This document shows positions 32,859 to 48,278 of a stretch of 64,000 bases of DNA, in pieces. The notes beneath the pieces are model-generated. The model searched no databases. It saw nothing but the letters and a program-made list of their open reading frames with translations, and was not told the origin of the DNA. The stretch lies in assembly GCA_964016885.1 (NCBI GenBank), contig CAXHJY010000234.1, positions 15,474-79,473 on the forward strand. The letters are read 5' to 3'. Source of the DNA: Eledone cirrhosa (lineage: Eukaryota). Position 1 is the first letter of the stretch, and each line of letters opens with the position of its first letter. The position numbers were made by a program, and so were the translations under genes.

Positions 32859-35800
32859 CAAACAAACAAATTAACAACACACCAAAACAATTAAAACCAT
32901 CCACTCTCGCCTCTACATTTTTGCTTAACGCCCAAGGCATCAGCCCTTCCACCAATACTCAAAAATGGAAGATCAAATTCCTGGAGGACTGGATTGATGT
33001 CCATCCAAACCACATCCCTTTCTTCGTCCTCACTGAAACCCATCTCAGTAACCTCCACTTGGAAGCCGAGGTGAAAGTGAAAAATTTCAAAGCCATCCGT
33101 GCTGATCGCGCTGGCAGAAGAAAGGGCGGAACTGCCATTTATGTCCATAATTCTTTCTCAACAGAGGCTATGAACATATTCACTAATGGATACTGTGAGG
33201 CAGTCACTGTATTCAGTCAAACCAACAACCTATTAGTAGTTGGGCTCTATAGGCCACCCCAAACGCCTGTACCATGCTTCAAGGAATGCCTCAACAGCAT
33301 AAAGTGTTTCATCCAAGAGTGTCACCCTGACAACATCTTAATGATGGGGGACTTCAACCTCCCCGGAGTTGACTGGTCCACAAACACCCTGCCACCAGGT
33401 TCTTCTGCCTCAACCTCTGACAGGGAAGCTGTGGAATCGCTTCTTGACTTCATGGATGATTTCTTCCTATCCCAACTAGTGCTCGAACCAACGAGGTGCC
33501 ACAAAAACGTCCTAGACTTAATTTTCAGCAATCACACTGACAATATCCACAATATTGCAGTGGAGAAAACTCTACTCTCTGATCATGACATGGTTCTCTG
33601 TGATCTGAGATTCCACCGTCCAATATACAAACCCAATGTCATTTCTCCTGTCCATCCGTTTGACGCTATGGATTTCCACAATGCAAACTGGGAAGCGATC
33701 AGTCATGATCTTGCACATGTCGACTGGTCCTTCACGCACACTCATACACCCACTAACATCAAAAAGTCCTGGCAGACATTTGTGGACACTGTTACAAACA
33801 TATGTGCTAAACACACCCCATTAAGAACTATAAACAAATCTAAGAGCAGAATCCCTAGAAATAGAAAAACGCTCATCAGAAAAATTAAGAGAACGAACAA
33901 AAAAATCAACAATCTGAAATACTGTCAGCAGCAACACATCAACTTGACTGCCATTTCATCACTAGAGATTAAAAAACATAACCTCCAAAACAACATAATG
34001 TCCCTCATCAACAATCAGAGAAGAGCTGAAGAGGCCTGGGCCATTGAGAAGATCAAACTCAATCCCAAAGTGTTCTTTTCATTTGCAAAAAAACACAAAA
34101 TCACTGGCTCTACTGTTGGCCCTCTAATTGATGAAAATGGCACTCTTCAAGACAATGCTAAAACCATGGGTGAGATACTGCAGAAACAATACTGCTCTGT
34201 TTTCAGCAATCCTGATATGGCCGATCTGGGCTGTATCGGCGATGTTACTCCCCATTACACCTTATCGGACATAACGTTTGGCGCCCCTGATGTCTTGGCG
34301 GCAATAAAGGAAATCAAGCATAATTCAGCAGTAGGTCCCGATAGGTTCCCTGCTTGTGTCTTGAAGGCGTGTCAACACCAACTTGCTTCTCCTCTTGCCA
34401 ATCTGTGGCGGAACTCACTGGATGCTGGATATGTGCCAGAAAACCTTCTATCCCAGTCTGTTGTCCCAGTTTTCAAAAAGGGAAACAAATCCCTTGCCGT
34501 GAATTACCGTCCAATCTCACTCACCTCTCATATCATTAAGGTATTTGAGCGAGTGGTGAGATCGCGAATGACCCACTTCCTTGAGAGTAACAATATGCTG
34601 AACTCCAACCAGCATGGATTCCGTAATGGAAGGGATTGCCTGACGCAACTACTGCATCACTTTGATGACATTTTGAGAGCCTTGAGAGAGGGTTCCAACA
34701 CTGATGTTATCTACCTTGATTTCAGCAAGGCCTTTGACAGGGTTGATCATAACATTCTACTGAGAAAGCTGTCCAATATTGGTGTCACTGGAAAGCTGCT
34801 GCAGTGGATCAAGAGCTTCCTGTCAAACAGAACCCAACATGTTGTAGTTGAGGGAGTCAAATCAAGCCCAGCCAAAGTCAGTAGTGGAGTCCCACAAGGC
34901 ACTGTGTTGGGCCCACTTCTCTTCATCATCTATATTAATGACATCACTGACATCATCAAACACAGCAACATTAAAATTTTCGCTGATGATTCCAAGCTCC
35001 AAAAGGTCATCAATGGCGTGGATGACCGGATAAGCCTTCAGTCAGACCTACTGGCTGTTACCCAATGGGCAGAAAAGAACAACATGTTACTGAACGAAGA
35101 CAAATTCGAACTGATCCACTTTGGAAAAGAGGATGCTCTGAAACTCCCGTACTCCCTTCCCTCCGGGGAAACTCTCGTGGCATCTAACAACATCAGAGAC
35201 TTGGGAGTAACCGTGGACAGCAACATAAGCTGGACCACGCATATAAGCAGCAAAGTTGACATGGCCCGCAGAATGTGTTCCTGGATCCTCAGAACCTTCC
35301 AGTCGAGAGATTCCCGCACCATTATCCTTCTCTTCTCTACTTTCGCCCGACCACACCTTGAATACTGTTGTCCACTGTGGTCTCCCCACACGAAACAAAG
35401 TATCATGAAACTTGAAGCTCCTCAAAGGGCAATCACGAAAAAGATAGATGGCATGTCAGACCTTGACTACTGGGGTCGATTGGAAAACCTGAAACTTTAC
35501 TCACTCCAACGTCGCCGTGAGCGTTATATTATCTGCATGATGTGGAAAATGTTCCATCATCACTGCCCAAATGATGTTGGCATCGCCTTCAAGATACACC
35601 CAAGGCTTGGGCCCCGTGCTATCCGTCCCATTCAAAAATCTAAATCGCAACTCATAACAACAATACGGCACAATTATTTCACCTCAATCGGCCCTGCTCT
35701 CTTCAACATCACACCAGGACACGTCAAAACAGAAACTGACCACACAAAATTCAAGAAGTCTTTGGACAAATTCCTCCAAGTAATCCCGGACAAACCACCC

Positions 35801-35866
35801 ACACCCGGATATGTCTCCGCAAACAGTAATTCTCTTCTCGAATGGGCCATGGTGCCCAAATCCTGA
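32729..35866 (+). CDS. LINE ORF2: AP endonuclease + reverse transcriptase
   Basis: LNAQG, LTETH, GLYRPP, MGDFN, LDLIF, SDH (APE); [40 protein letters not shown] (RT); frame open from 32729; the track start at 32846 is TTG, not ATG. Confidence 0.93.
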   Translation, partial: TGNFFLFFSHNESGKRTGKKHSSYHPAPPSTITPLHKLPLLPLTNKQINNTPKQLKPSTLASTFLLNAQGISPSTNTQKWKIKFLEDWIDVHPNHIPFFVLTETHLSNLHLEAEVKVKNFKAIRADRAGRRKGGTAIYVHNSFSTEAMNIFTNGYCEAVTVFSQTNNLLVVGLYRPPQTPVPCFKECLNSIKCFIQECHPDNILMMGDFNLPGVDWSTNTLPPGSSASTSDREAVESLLDFMDDFFLSQLVLEPTRCHKNVLDLIFSNHTDNIHNIAVEKTLLSDHDMVLCDLRFHRPIYKPNVISPVHPFDAMDFHNANWEAISHDLAHVDWSFTHTHTPTNIKKSWQTFVDTVTNICAKHTPLRTINKSKSRIPRNRKTLIRKIKRTNKKINNLKYCQQQHINLTAISSLEIKKHNLQNNIMSLINNQRRAEEAWAIEKIKLNPKVFFSFAKKHKITGSTVGPLIDENGTLQDNAKTMGEILQKQYCSVFSNPDMADLGCIGDVTPHYTLSDITFGAPDVLAAIKEIKHNSAVGPDRFPACVLKACQHQLASPLANLWRNSLDAGYVPENLLSQSVVPVFKKGNKSLAVNYRPISLTSHIIKVFERVVRSRMTHFLESNNMLNSNQHGFRNGRDCLTQLLHHFDDILRALREGSNTDVIYLDFSKAFDRVDHNILLRKLSNIGVTGKLLQWIKSFLSNRTQHVVVEGVKSSPAKVSSGVPQGTVLGPLLFIIYINDITDIIKHSNIKIFADDSKLQKVINGVDDRISLQSDLLAVTQWAEKNNMLLNEDKFELIHFGKEDALKLPYSLPSGETLVASNNIRDLGVTVDSNISWTTHISSKVDMARRMCSWILRTFQSRDSRTIILLFSTFARPHLEYCCPLWSPHTKQSIMKLEAPQRAITKKIDGMSDLDYWGRLENLKLYSLQRRRERYIICMMWKMFHHHCPNDVGIAFKIHPRLGPRAIRPIQKSKSQLITTIRHNYFTSIGPALFNITPGHVKTETDHTKFKKSLDKFLQVIPDKPPTPGYVSANSNSLLEWAMVPKS

Positions 35867-35945
35867 ATTGAAAGACTTCGCCAGGTGGTGCTATTAAGTT
35901 AGACATGGCCTGGGCCAATACTGGCCAAAACATTTCAAAGTTACA

Positions 35946-38531
<2,586 letters not shown>

Positions 38532-39174
38532 TTTTGATTTAACACTTCACTGCTCGCAAGTGTTTTTTAAACTTCATATCATGTCTCCCTATTTTATCTG
38601 ATGAGAACGCAAATATCATCCCATGATGTTATTTGTTTTTGAAATGCGGATAATAAAATACATTGAACTCTTTTAACCATCTTTTGATTTTATATTCATC
38701 ATTATCATCATCTTCGTTTAATGTCCATTTTCCACGGTAGCATGGGTATATATATATATGGGTGTGTGTGTGTCCGTGTCTTTAACTGATGTCAGGAAAG
38801 GATACACACGCACACCCACGCACGCACGTGTGTGTGTGTGTGTGTGTGTTTTTATGTGTATATGCTTATATATCCTTTCCTGACATCAGTTAAGAAGGAA
38901 GAAATATATTCCATTTGCTTCAGTATTGATCAACAGGGAGAGGGGGTAACTAGCTGACAAGCTTTACCAAACCAGACTTGGTTGACTAACAAACAAATTA
39001 CAAAAAAAATAAAAGCAAACAAAAAAACAAAACAAGCATCATTGCCATCACTAGGCTATACATGTTTATAAACATATCAACATTTAAATAGAAAGAGATA
39101 CTGCTCTCTGTGTGTAGACACAGAGAGACCACAAACATCACATGAGCTAATGGACTGTTGGAAAGAGCATTTAA

Positions 39175-39393
39175 CCCTTTAATGTTCAAACCGGCCAAAA
39201 CCGGCCAGAATTCTCTACCTCTTTCTGTTGAAACTAGCTGTAACTGGTCGCTCAAACTGATGTTAAGGTATTGTTCTTAAAATAACTACTTTCAAAATCC
39301 CATAGATTCGATATTATGTGAAATAGTATGTGAGGTAAAGCCTTTATCATGAAAATACAATAGTATATATAGAGTAATGTGAATGCTAAAAGG
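39175..39393. mobile_element. piggyBac-type MITE (family P1)
   Basis: TTAA|CCCTTTAA ... GCTAAAAGG|TTAA; reverse-oriented homologue of 20127-20346. Confidence 0.75.
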
Positions 39394-40436
39394 TTAAACT
39401 TCTCTCAAATTACAGACAATAAATTATGTAGTGCTACATACCTTTAAAAAGTAGGGATGGTCATTGCTAGAATGCCTTTGATCATAGGTCTGCTCAATCA
39501 GGGTTGATTTAGGCCAAACAACATATATACACATACCCTATACACACATTACATACACAGAGGAAGGCTCTATGTGGTCACTTGACCTGTTAAAAACAGC
39601 AGCCAAATCTCTTTCAAATGTACCATGTTAAAGAAAGAACACATTTAATAATGTATTCATACACGCACACACTTTCATCATCATCGTCATGGGTTGGATA
39701 GGTCATTATGTACCTGGTCAGTACTTAATCAGAGCTATTGTCCCCCTAGGCAGATCAGGAGATCCATCCACATCTCAATGTTTCACTTTGGCATGATGTT
39801 TAAGCCCAGTTGTCCTTCCTAATGCCACCCATTCTTAGTTAATGCTAATGAAAACATGATACACTCCAGCCATATAAACTTTTCAGCCAGACTTTAACCC
39901 TTTTGATACAAAACCACCTGGAATTGCACTGGGTTATTTTGTTTATTTTAAAGTGTTTATATTAATTTGAAAACCTTCCAGCATAATTTTATCATATGTA
40001 AGAATCTTTATGTGGTTATGCTCCAAACACCAGCTGAATACCAAGAAATTATAATACTAAATTAGATCCCTACAAAATCTTTATTATTCGAAAAATTATT
40101 TTAAAACCATAGGCATTGGAAGTGTATCAGTGATCAGTTTGCAAACACAGTTGCAACAATTTTGACACCAAGAAATAAATGATAAAAATAAAGTGAAGAT
40201 AATAGTTTTTGTGATTTTCAATAGCTAAAATGTCTCTTCCACGATTTTAGTTTCAAGACATGGTCTCAGATCTAGTTACTTGCCAGCAGTGTTTATTTTA
40301 CTGTATAGTTCACCTCTGCTTGTTACACTTCTAAATCTAATTTTGTGCAGTTCTAAATTTAATTTTATGCGGTAAGTTTACATTTTATGTCATATTACAT
40401 GTCCTTACATGATATATGATGGTTAAAAACACTTAA

Positions 40437-40627
40437 CCCTTTAGCATTTACATTACTCTATATTTATTATTGTATTTTCATGGTAAATACTTTATTCCAC
40501 ATAATTATCTCGCATAATATTGAATGTACAAGATTTTGATACTATTTATTTTGAGAACAATACCTTAACATAATTATGGGCAGCCAGAGAATTCTGGCCG
40601 GATATGGCCAGTTTAAATGCTAAAGGG
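40437..40627. mobile_element. piggyBac-type MITE (family P1)
   Basis: TTAA|CCCTTTAGCATTTA ... TAAATGCTAAAGGG|TTAA. Confidence 0.8.
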
Positions 40628-41789
40628 TTAAAACACTCATAAAATGTTAAAAATAACCTTTATATTAGAAATGCTTCTAGACTCAGAGAATATTAAACAC
40701 TGGGTTATGGCACCTGCCTCTAAGATTTGTGCTGTTCTAAAATTTACTAAAAATAAACCCTGCCTTGTCAGAAAAATATGGTAATGAAAGGGTTAACTAA
40801 ACAAGCTGGATCTGTTAACAACAATTGTTGCCACTAATTAGAAGCTGGTGGTCAATTAATTACCCCATCCACACAACCTGTTTCTCATTATCAATTAGCA
40901 GATTTATAAACAATGAGTAATCACCTTCAAAGTCTAGGGCAAACCTCAAATGTAAAAAGAAAAAAAAAACAGTAATTCCTTTTCATTACTGAAAAAAAAA
41001 AAATAATAGAAACAATTATTTCCTCTCAATCTTTCTCTACTCTCTTTTTTGTTCTTTATATATTTTTCTAGCCACACCATCACACTTACACCCCCCCCCC
41101 TCTCTCTCTCTGTATATATATATATATATATGAAAAGAGTCAGGACCCCGACGACAGAGCTCAAGCCGTTTTGACAGCTATTTCTGGACTAAATTAAATT
41201 TTTAGCGTTGTGTAGATATAGCCACTCTACTACCCAAAGTATCGAGCACTCTGGCGCGTTATGGTCCACTTAGTTCCTTACCACACTCCCTTCGTTATAT
41301 ATATGCACACACACACACACACACACATATATGTACATGTTTCTCTCTCTTATATATATATATATATATATTAAAAAAATAATATATATCTTTGCCTCTC
41401 TCCTACCATCTCTCTCTTCTAGTTTCTCCCTCCCAGTCTTCATCTTTTCTAGTGAGCTGGATGTTGACATAGATGTCAAATAGCTTGACCTGAGGATAAA
41501 ACCAGATCACAGAGCTTATAAAATATATTTAAAAAAAATGAAATTATTTACATGGTTTGTTGTAATTCTGTTTCCTGGGACCATGAAGCAGAACTATAAC
41601 AACCTTTTATTGGTTGGTTTGTGCTCTTCCCACCTATGGCCACTACATATATACATACACACATGTACATACACATGCATACACACACATGCACACACAC
41701 ACACTATTAACCACACTATTGCCATGATTTATATTAAAATAAAACTAGGATTAGTAATCAGTTTTGAATATGTGGTATAGAGGTGAGAG

Positions 41790-42620
41790 GTCAGACCTCT
41801 CTTTAATTTTTCATGCTCCACACAACATTTTTCAAATTCCTATTTTCCATTAAACACTGTTTTCCTCCAAGTTGGTTGATCTAATGTCTTCCCAGTTATC
41901 TTCTCTGATATTTGACTTTATCAAAACTTTTTGATTCAGTCTTTATAGCTGAGTTTTGGTTTATGCCTTGGCCATTTGCCTTTGACAAACTCCCCATACA
42001 GTAACTGCTTACAGCATGGCTGCCCCAGTGCAATCTATATTGAATTATGAGAGATTCAATACTTTCAAAATGACTCCGTTCCAGCACTTCAACACCAATC
42101 ATATGTGATTCCCAGTGGATACTGAGTATTTGGTGAGGATACTGTTAATGAAAATGTTCAAGCATTTTTATATGTTGGTGGTATGTGAACCAAGTTTCCC
42201 ATGTATACAGCAATGGAGTCAATACACATGTTCTGTACACCTTTAACTTTGTATTAATGGAAATTCCACATTGGCATCAGGGACGCCCTTCGAATTTACC
42301 GAAAGAATCACTTACTGTCTTTAGTTGTAGAGACGTTTCATCATCAAGGGTGTTTGCCATGTTAACTGTGCTGCCTGAATACATAAATATATCCACAACT
42401 GTCAATGTTTTGCCATACACATAAATGCTAGGCTCAGTGAAATCCCTACCTGGAGCATGACAACTGTCTTGGTCAGACTGATTGTTAGACCCAACATGCT
42501 GCATGCCTCTGAAAAAGAATCCATCAGGTGCTGCATGTCACTCAACAATCATCTGCATACAACAATTCATGTATTAAAGAAGTGAATGCCATTATTTTGG
42601 CAGAAAACCATCTGATGTTA
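41790..42620 (-). mobile_element. Old RTE/BovB-like LINE fragment related to family B
   Basis: TEPSIYVYGKTLTVVDIFMYSGSTV..LDDETSLQLKTVSDSFGK, SIESLIIQYRLHW; parallels 27100-27800. Confidence 0.75.
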
Positions 42621-43125
42621 AACAACTTGCCCATTGAATGATACTATATACCTAACACAAACACGCACACGCACATGCACACGCACACGCACATAACACA
42701 CGCACACACACATAACACACGCACACACACACAACGTACACACACACACACACATGCATATCACGCACACATGTATGATAGGCTTTTGCAGTTCTTGGTT
42801 ACCAAATTCCACTCATCACTCCTTTAAATCTCACTTCATTTGTCATAGACCCATGACAACATACTTATCCTCCCTCCCCTCCTACATATTGTCACTTATG
42901 ACGTACCTATCAATTTTCTTATCTCCTCATCTTATTTTTCCCAGACACTTGGACAAATCATTAACGCACACCTTCTCATTGGAGTGGTTCAATGTGATTT
43001 GAGGTCACAAGGGTTAATATTACAAATACTTTGATAGCTAGAACACTTGAAGATAGCTGTAATTGCTTGTAGATAGGTGAGCTTAGGAGAAAACTTAAGA
43101 ATATCATTTAAAAAAATCTTGGTCA

Positions 43126-43190
<65 letters not shown>

Positions 43191-43191
<1 letters not shown>

Positions 43192-44303
43192 TAGTAGATT
43201 TACCCGGCATTGCTCGGGGTTTGAAATTATGCTAAGAATATACAGCTAGGAAGTAAAAGAACATTATTTGTCCCCAACCTGTCAAAATAAGCAGAAGTCT
43301 TCAATAATTAATGCAAACGAATATTTAGTGCAATCTTTGTACACATAAAACTATGTTGATAATGAAGGAAAACACTAAACAGGATGTAGTTATGCAAATG
43401 ATTAAATAAAAAACAGGCAGTTTGCTAAAGTACAAAAAGTTGTAATGAAAGCAGTTGTATACAAACAAAAAAAAACAATGAGAGTAGAATAAGAGAAAAT
43501 CTATTCTTTGAGAGCATCCTTTGCTGTGTATGGTTAAATTTTGAACTTATAATCCAAAATATCCTGCATGACATATTCATTGGTATGTTTTGTAATGAGT
43601 AAGGTGAAGTCAAGGCAGAGCTGTAATAAGTTTTTTTGTTAACACTAAAGCACTTCAGGATAGACAATATTCTTTGTTTTTCTTTTCGGAACAAACGCAA
43701 AGAGATTATCTCAACTGCCAACTCGTGAGCAGACGTTTTGCACCGAAAGAGGTCATTTGAAACGCAATGTTGTACTGTCGGATATGCTTCAGAAAATCAC
43801 GTGATTGTGAATGCTTACCTGTTAGAAACATCTGGATAGGTTGCGGTGGTTCCCTAAGGGTGGGCAAATTAACCTTACCGTTGGAGCAGCACATTCCAGC
43901 TGAATCTCCCCCCCCCCCCACTTTTTAGCTCTACAATGTTGGCAAGTATTTGACATGGCATATATTTGAATATCGGGATGGATTTGATAGGGTCATAATT
44001 ATCTGCCTTAAGGTACCATCGTGAGCGTGATGCCTTTGAAATACCCCGCGTGAAAAGTTGGTTATCTCCCTTTTTTTCTAAGGATTGTCAATAAAGTTTA
44101 TCTCCCTTACATCAATTTTTCTACCGATAATCTTGATATCGATTTTTTTTTTTTTTATTGCTCAACGTGGGTCGATTTGAAAAATATTTGTGATGTGACG
44201 TGCACAGAAAATTTGGTCAAATTCAGTTGGTAATTGTAAAAGCCTTATGTATGCAAAGTTGTACACAGACACACACACATCCTCGCTTTTATATATATAA
44301 AGA
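43191..44303 (-). mobile_element. Complete non-autonomous Helitron with Rep N-terminal remnant
   Basis: Minus strand A|TCTTTATATATATAAAAG ... CCCGAGCAATGCCGGG hairpin .. CTAG|T; internal CCSNGKVNLPTLREPP..FLKHIRQYNIAFQMTSFGA. Confidence 0.88.
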
Positions 44304-45114
44304 TATTTCAAATTAATTAACGGAGTTAAAAACTTGCATTAATCCCCTATAATTTAGGGAGCTCAAGGAGTATATATATTCCGGTCTCTTTATAAATCAA
44401 CACATATCTCTATGTTGATTTATATATATATATTTATCGTTGTTGTGGTATAAGTATGGCTACTGCCTTCAGCTGTTATTCTTGGTGTCATACCTTACAA
44501 CTGTTGTGTTTTACTCTGGGCAATAATGTTTAGCTTCTCAATCCATTGAGTGCTTTGTGATTGCCTCAAACTACTCGATTAATACCTGCTATATGGTGGC
44601 TACAACTTTGATTGATATCCAATATTATATATATGCCAAAAATAAGCAGAAAACAACAAAGCAAACAATACAGTACAATTCAGATATGAATTATTTTTGA
44701 TATAGTAAGAAAAGACTAGTCTTTTATCAGAAGATGAAATGAGAAATAAAATAAGAAATAGCAAGATAGAGAAGAGTGAGAAGAGGAAAAAATGTTCTGA
44801 ATCTGTGTGTTTCACTGGGTGAGTCTAACAGACATGCTCAGGTCCTCATGTATGTATATATATATATATATATGTATATACATATATGTATATATATATG
44901 TCGTTTCTGAATTTGTTTAGCAAGATTCTTTATCTGAAAACGTGTGTTGAAACCGATATTGTTATACTTTGGGAGGGTCATGTTGCCAATAAGAAACACA
45001 CGCACCAGTTGCTTTCACTTCAATTTAATTTATTATATATTTATAAATTTACAAATTTATAAATTTCTGGTTGGTTGGTTGGTTCCACAACCAGATAGTT
45101 GTTTATATATATAT

Positions 45115-45159
45115 AGTCATAGTTCTTTCGTCACACACTCTGTGACCTCTTCAGTGACT
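45115..45159 (-). ncRNA. Type I minimal hammerhead ribozyme
   Basis: AGTCA-CTGAAGA-G-GTCAC-AGAGTGT-GTGAC-GAAA-GAAC-TA-TGACT on the minus strand. Confidence 0.75.
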
Positions 45160-45253
45160 GCGGATTTCTTTCTTCGTTTCTGTGCCTTTCCTTTCTTCTA
45201 TCCTACGCCATCAAGAAGAAAGGAAAGGCACAGAAACGAAGAAAGAAATCCCC

Positions 45254-45298
45254 AGTCACTGAAGAGGTCACAGAGTGTGTGACGAAAGAACTATGACT
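45254..45298 (+). ncRNA. Type I minimal hammerhead ribozyme
   Basis: Stem I AGTCA/TGACT, core CTGAAGA and GAAA, stem II GTCAC/GTGAC, 2-bp stem III, CUA cleavage triplet (cut after 45293). Confidence 0.75.
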
Positions 45299-45421
45299 AT
45301 ATATATATAAACAACTATCTGGTTGTGGAACCAACCAACCAACCAGAAATTTATCCTACGCCAAACAAAATGGCGTAGGATAGAAGAAAGGAAAGGCACA
45401 GAAATGAAGAAAGAAATCCCC

Positions 45422-45466
45422 AGTCACTGAAGAAGTCACAGAGTGTGTGACGAAAGAACTATGACT
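45422..45466 (+). ncRNA. Type I minimal hammerhead ribozyme (CTGAAGA-A variant)
   Basis: Same fold as 45254-45298; predicted cut after 45461. Confidence 0.75.
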
Positions 45467-45659
45467 ATATATATATAAACAACTATCTGGTTGTGGAACC
45501 AACCAACCAACCAGAAATTTATAAATTTGTAAATTTATAAATATATAATAAATTAAATTAAATTGAAGTGAAAGCAACTGGTGCGTGTGTTTCTTATTGG
45601 CAACATGACCCTCCCAAAGTATAACAATATATATATATATATGTATATATATATATGTA

Positions 45660-45705
<46 letters not shown>

Positions 45706-48098
45706 CAGTGAACACAAATGTTGATTAGCAAACAGAAGTATACAATAATGAAAGTATTTGAAAAAATTAAAATAATCAGCAAGAAGAGAGAAAAAGGTAG
45801 GAATGAAGAAAATAAAAATAGGAGGAAGGGAGAACAAACTCTGCAGTCCATCTCAGATGTGTCCTACAAACAAGTTGGTGAAAGCATTGCTTCATAAAAC
45901 AGCCAGCAACACCTGCTGCATCAGCTATTCCACCTCACAGGGCTTCTTCCTCAGGCAAAAGACCCTCCTCCTGATTTTGCAGAGGAAACTGGTACTCCAA
46001 GAACTGAAGAGATATGAAGTCACCATCCATAGCACATGAAGGAATCTGTTTAGTCAATGCCCTGGTTATCTAAAGCATATTTTATGAGACAAAATGAAAA
46101 TAGTCCACTTCTGCTAGTTTATTTATTTTACGTTTTCATATTTATTTATTTTATTACCTATATATTTATATACAAGCACCTGCTTTGTAATAACAATGTA
46201 CTTTGCAACTTAATTGTTATTCTGGTGACTTTAGTTAATCTTTAAACTAATTACTAGCTTTGCTTACTACTAAAGTAGTGAGGGGAAGCATTTGTTATAT
46301 TCTACTATGATATAGCAATAAATAAACTATATTCATATATGTCACACCCTTACAAGCACGCAGGGAAACGCAGACGTAAAATGATGATGATGATGATGAT
46401 GTCACTAGTACATAACCCATTGTTATATGGTTAGAGTAACTAATATTTGGATTTTTCACTTCACCAAAGCTATGTTTGGGAATATGTACACGCATACACG
46501 TGACTGAATACATGCTTTTTTCTCTAAAAGATTTTATTTCTCATGCCATCTTCTGATGGACAAACATCTGAAACCTTAACACTCTTTTCCTACTACATCA
46601 AGCATTAAACTAATATATACCTTCATTGTGCTGTATTGTTGTCCCCCCCCCCCCCCCCCCACACGCGCGCGTGCTCTCGCTCGCTCTCTCTCTCTCTCTC
46701 TCAATAAAACCATTTACAACCTTCAAGGCAAACACCATATTCATGATAAGAAAGTTGATAAAAACAACAGAGTTTAGGGAATCAAATGATGAACAACATC
46801 AAGAAAAAACTGGCTCTTTTGATGTCAACCCACATGAGACTGCCTCTGGTTCTATAATATTAAATTTCCTGTTTTAAAGTATTCATATCTAAATTAAGCC
46901 TCCAATTATAATATGTAAGAAACTTTGTGATAAATTATGTTCTAAATTCTAAATGTATGAACTCCTGGTGGAATCATAGTGGTGCCGTAGTGTCATACAG
47001 TGTTTCTTGGACATTTTCTAAACCTGGTGGAGCTCATCTTCTCTTTAGGTCTGAACACAGCATATTTCTTCCAAAGAAGCATAGAGAGTGTGACAGAGAA
47101 AAAGTGAGAAAGGTATAGAGGAAGAATTGACACCAGTACTGGACTGGTACTTTTTTTTATCAACCTCGAAAGAATGAAAGGCAAAGTTGACCATGGCGAG
47201 ATTTGAACTCAGAATGTTCTAAATACAAGCTAAATAAAAAAAATAAATGTAACCCTTTTACTAACCCCATTAATACCAAACCACCTGAAAATTTGTGGTA
47301 TTTTATGCAAAACTGTTTGTTATAAAAGTGTGTTTGTATTTATCTAAAAACCTTCCATTGTAATTCTGTGAGGAACTTGAAGTTATGTTCCAAACACTAG
47401 CTTAATAATCTGACAGTTAAGAGAGTATTGTAGTTTGCTTAAAACATTCTGTTATTTGAAAGCAATACAAAATGGATGGTAGATTTTGGAATAAATTGAA
47501 GGCAACAAAGATGTTGGTGTGTCACCTATTATTTTATTTACCTGTCCTAATATTTCAGATCTAGAAACCCTTTGTCAGAAGACTATAATAAGAAACTGAA
47601 AGCTCGTGCTTTTGTTGTCGTTACTGGTTCACCACTTTTCTTTGTTTGTTTGTAAGCGGTGGTCTATTTATAGTTGCCGGAAAGTTAATTCACTAAATCT
47701 CCAAATTCTTGATTATTTTGAAAATAATTTGAAAATCCTCAACAGTAATAGGGTAACAAAAGAGATGTAAATGCTTCTCAAAATTAATGGAAACATGGAA
47801 CATTTCCTTAGAAGTAGGATTAGGAAAAGTAAATATAAATGCACACAGTACACTCTGTAAAGTGGTTGGTGATAGGAAGATAATCTATCTATAGAAAACT
47901 TATCAAATAAAGGATAGGAAGGACTCTTTGTGTCAAAGACATGACAACCTTTCTAGCCTTGATGTCATGATTAAATGTACCTGGTGCATTCTGGAGAGTG
48001 TCACAATGCATATAAGCGAGATGCTGGCCCCTAGCCTGTCTGAGAGATCAGTAGCTCCATTTAAGTACTGACGATCTAGGGAAAACACATTAAATAAT

Positions 48099-48278
48099 TG
48101 TTTCTACTTTTGGCACAAGGCCAGCAATTACCCAGTACATTATTGGTACTTTATTTTATCGACCCCGTAAGGATGAAAGGCAAAGTTAACTTCGGCGGGA
48201 TTTGAACTCAGACTGTAAAGGGACGTAACTATGCTAGAAAGCATGGCGTCCGACCCTCTACCGATACTGCCAATCCAC
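48099..48278 (-). mobile_element. Family 1 SINE with TSD
   Basis: Near-identical to 13359-13539; AAATAAT repeated at 48092-48098 and 48279-48285. Confidence 0.85.

Larger units (their letters stand above)
31014..35945 (+). mobile_element. Apparently full-length, intact CR1-group (CR1/L2/Crack-like) LINE
   Basis: Tandem-repeat 5'UTR, uninterrupted ORF1 and ORF2 (APE+RT), short 3'UTR with TGGCC..GGCCA stem-loop running into (TA)n. Confidence 0.9.
44957..45630. repeat. Fold-back repeat (unit, partial inverted unit, full inverted unit), Penelope pseudo-LTR-like
   Basis: 44957-45209 is the reverse complement of ~45371-45630; 45213-45354 is a partial inverted copy. Confidence 0.85.

Noticed and set aside
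38598-38625. CTGATGAG motif next to the microsatellite
   Set aside because: No GAAA core or stems
47559-47651. Possible host exon (TTTCAG acceptor, GTAAGC donor, one open frame)
   Set aside because: No recognisable protein motif or partner exons; needs RNA-seq
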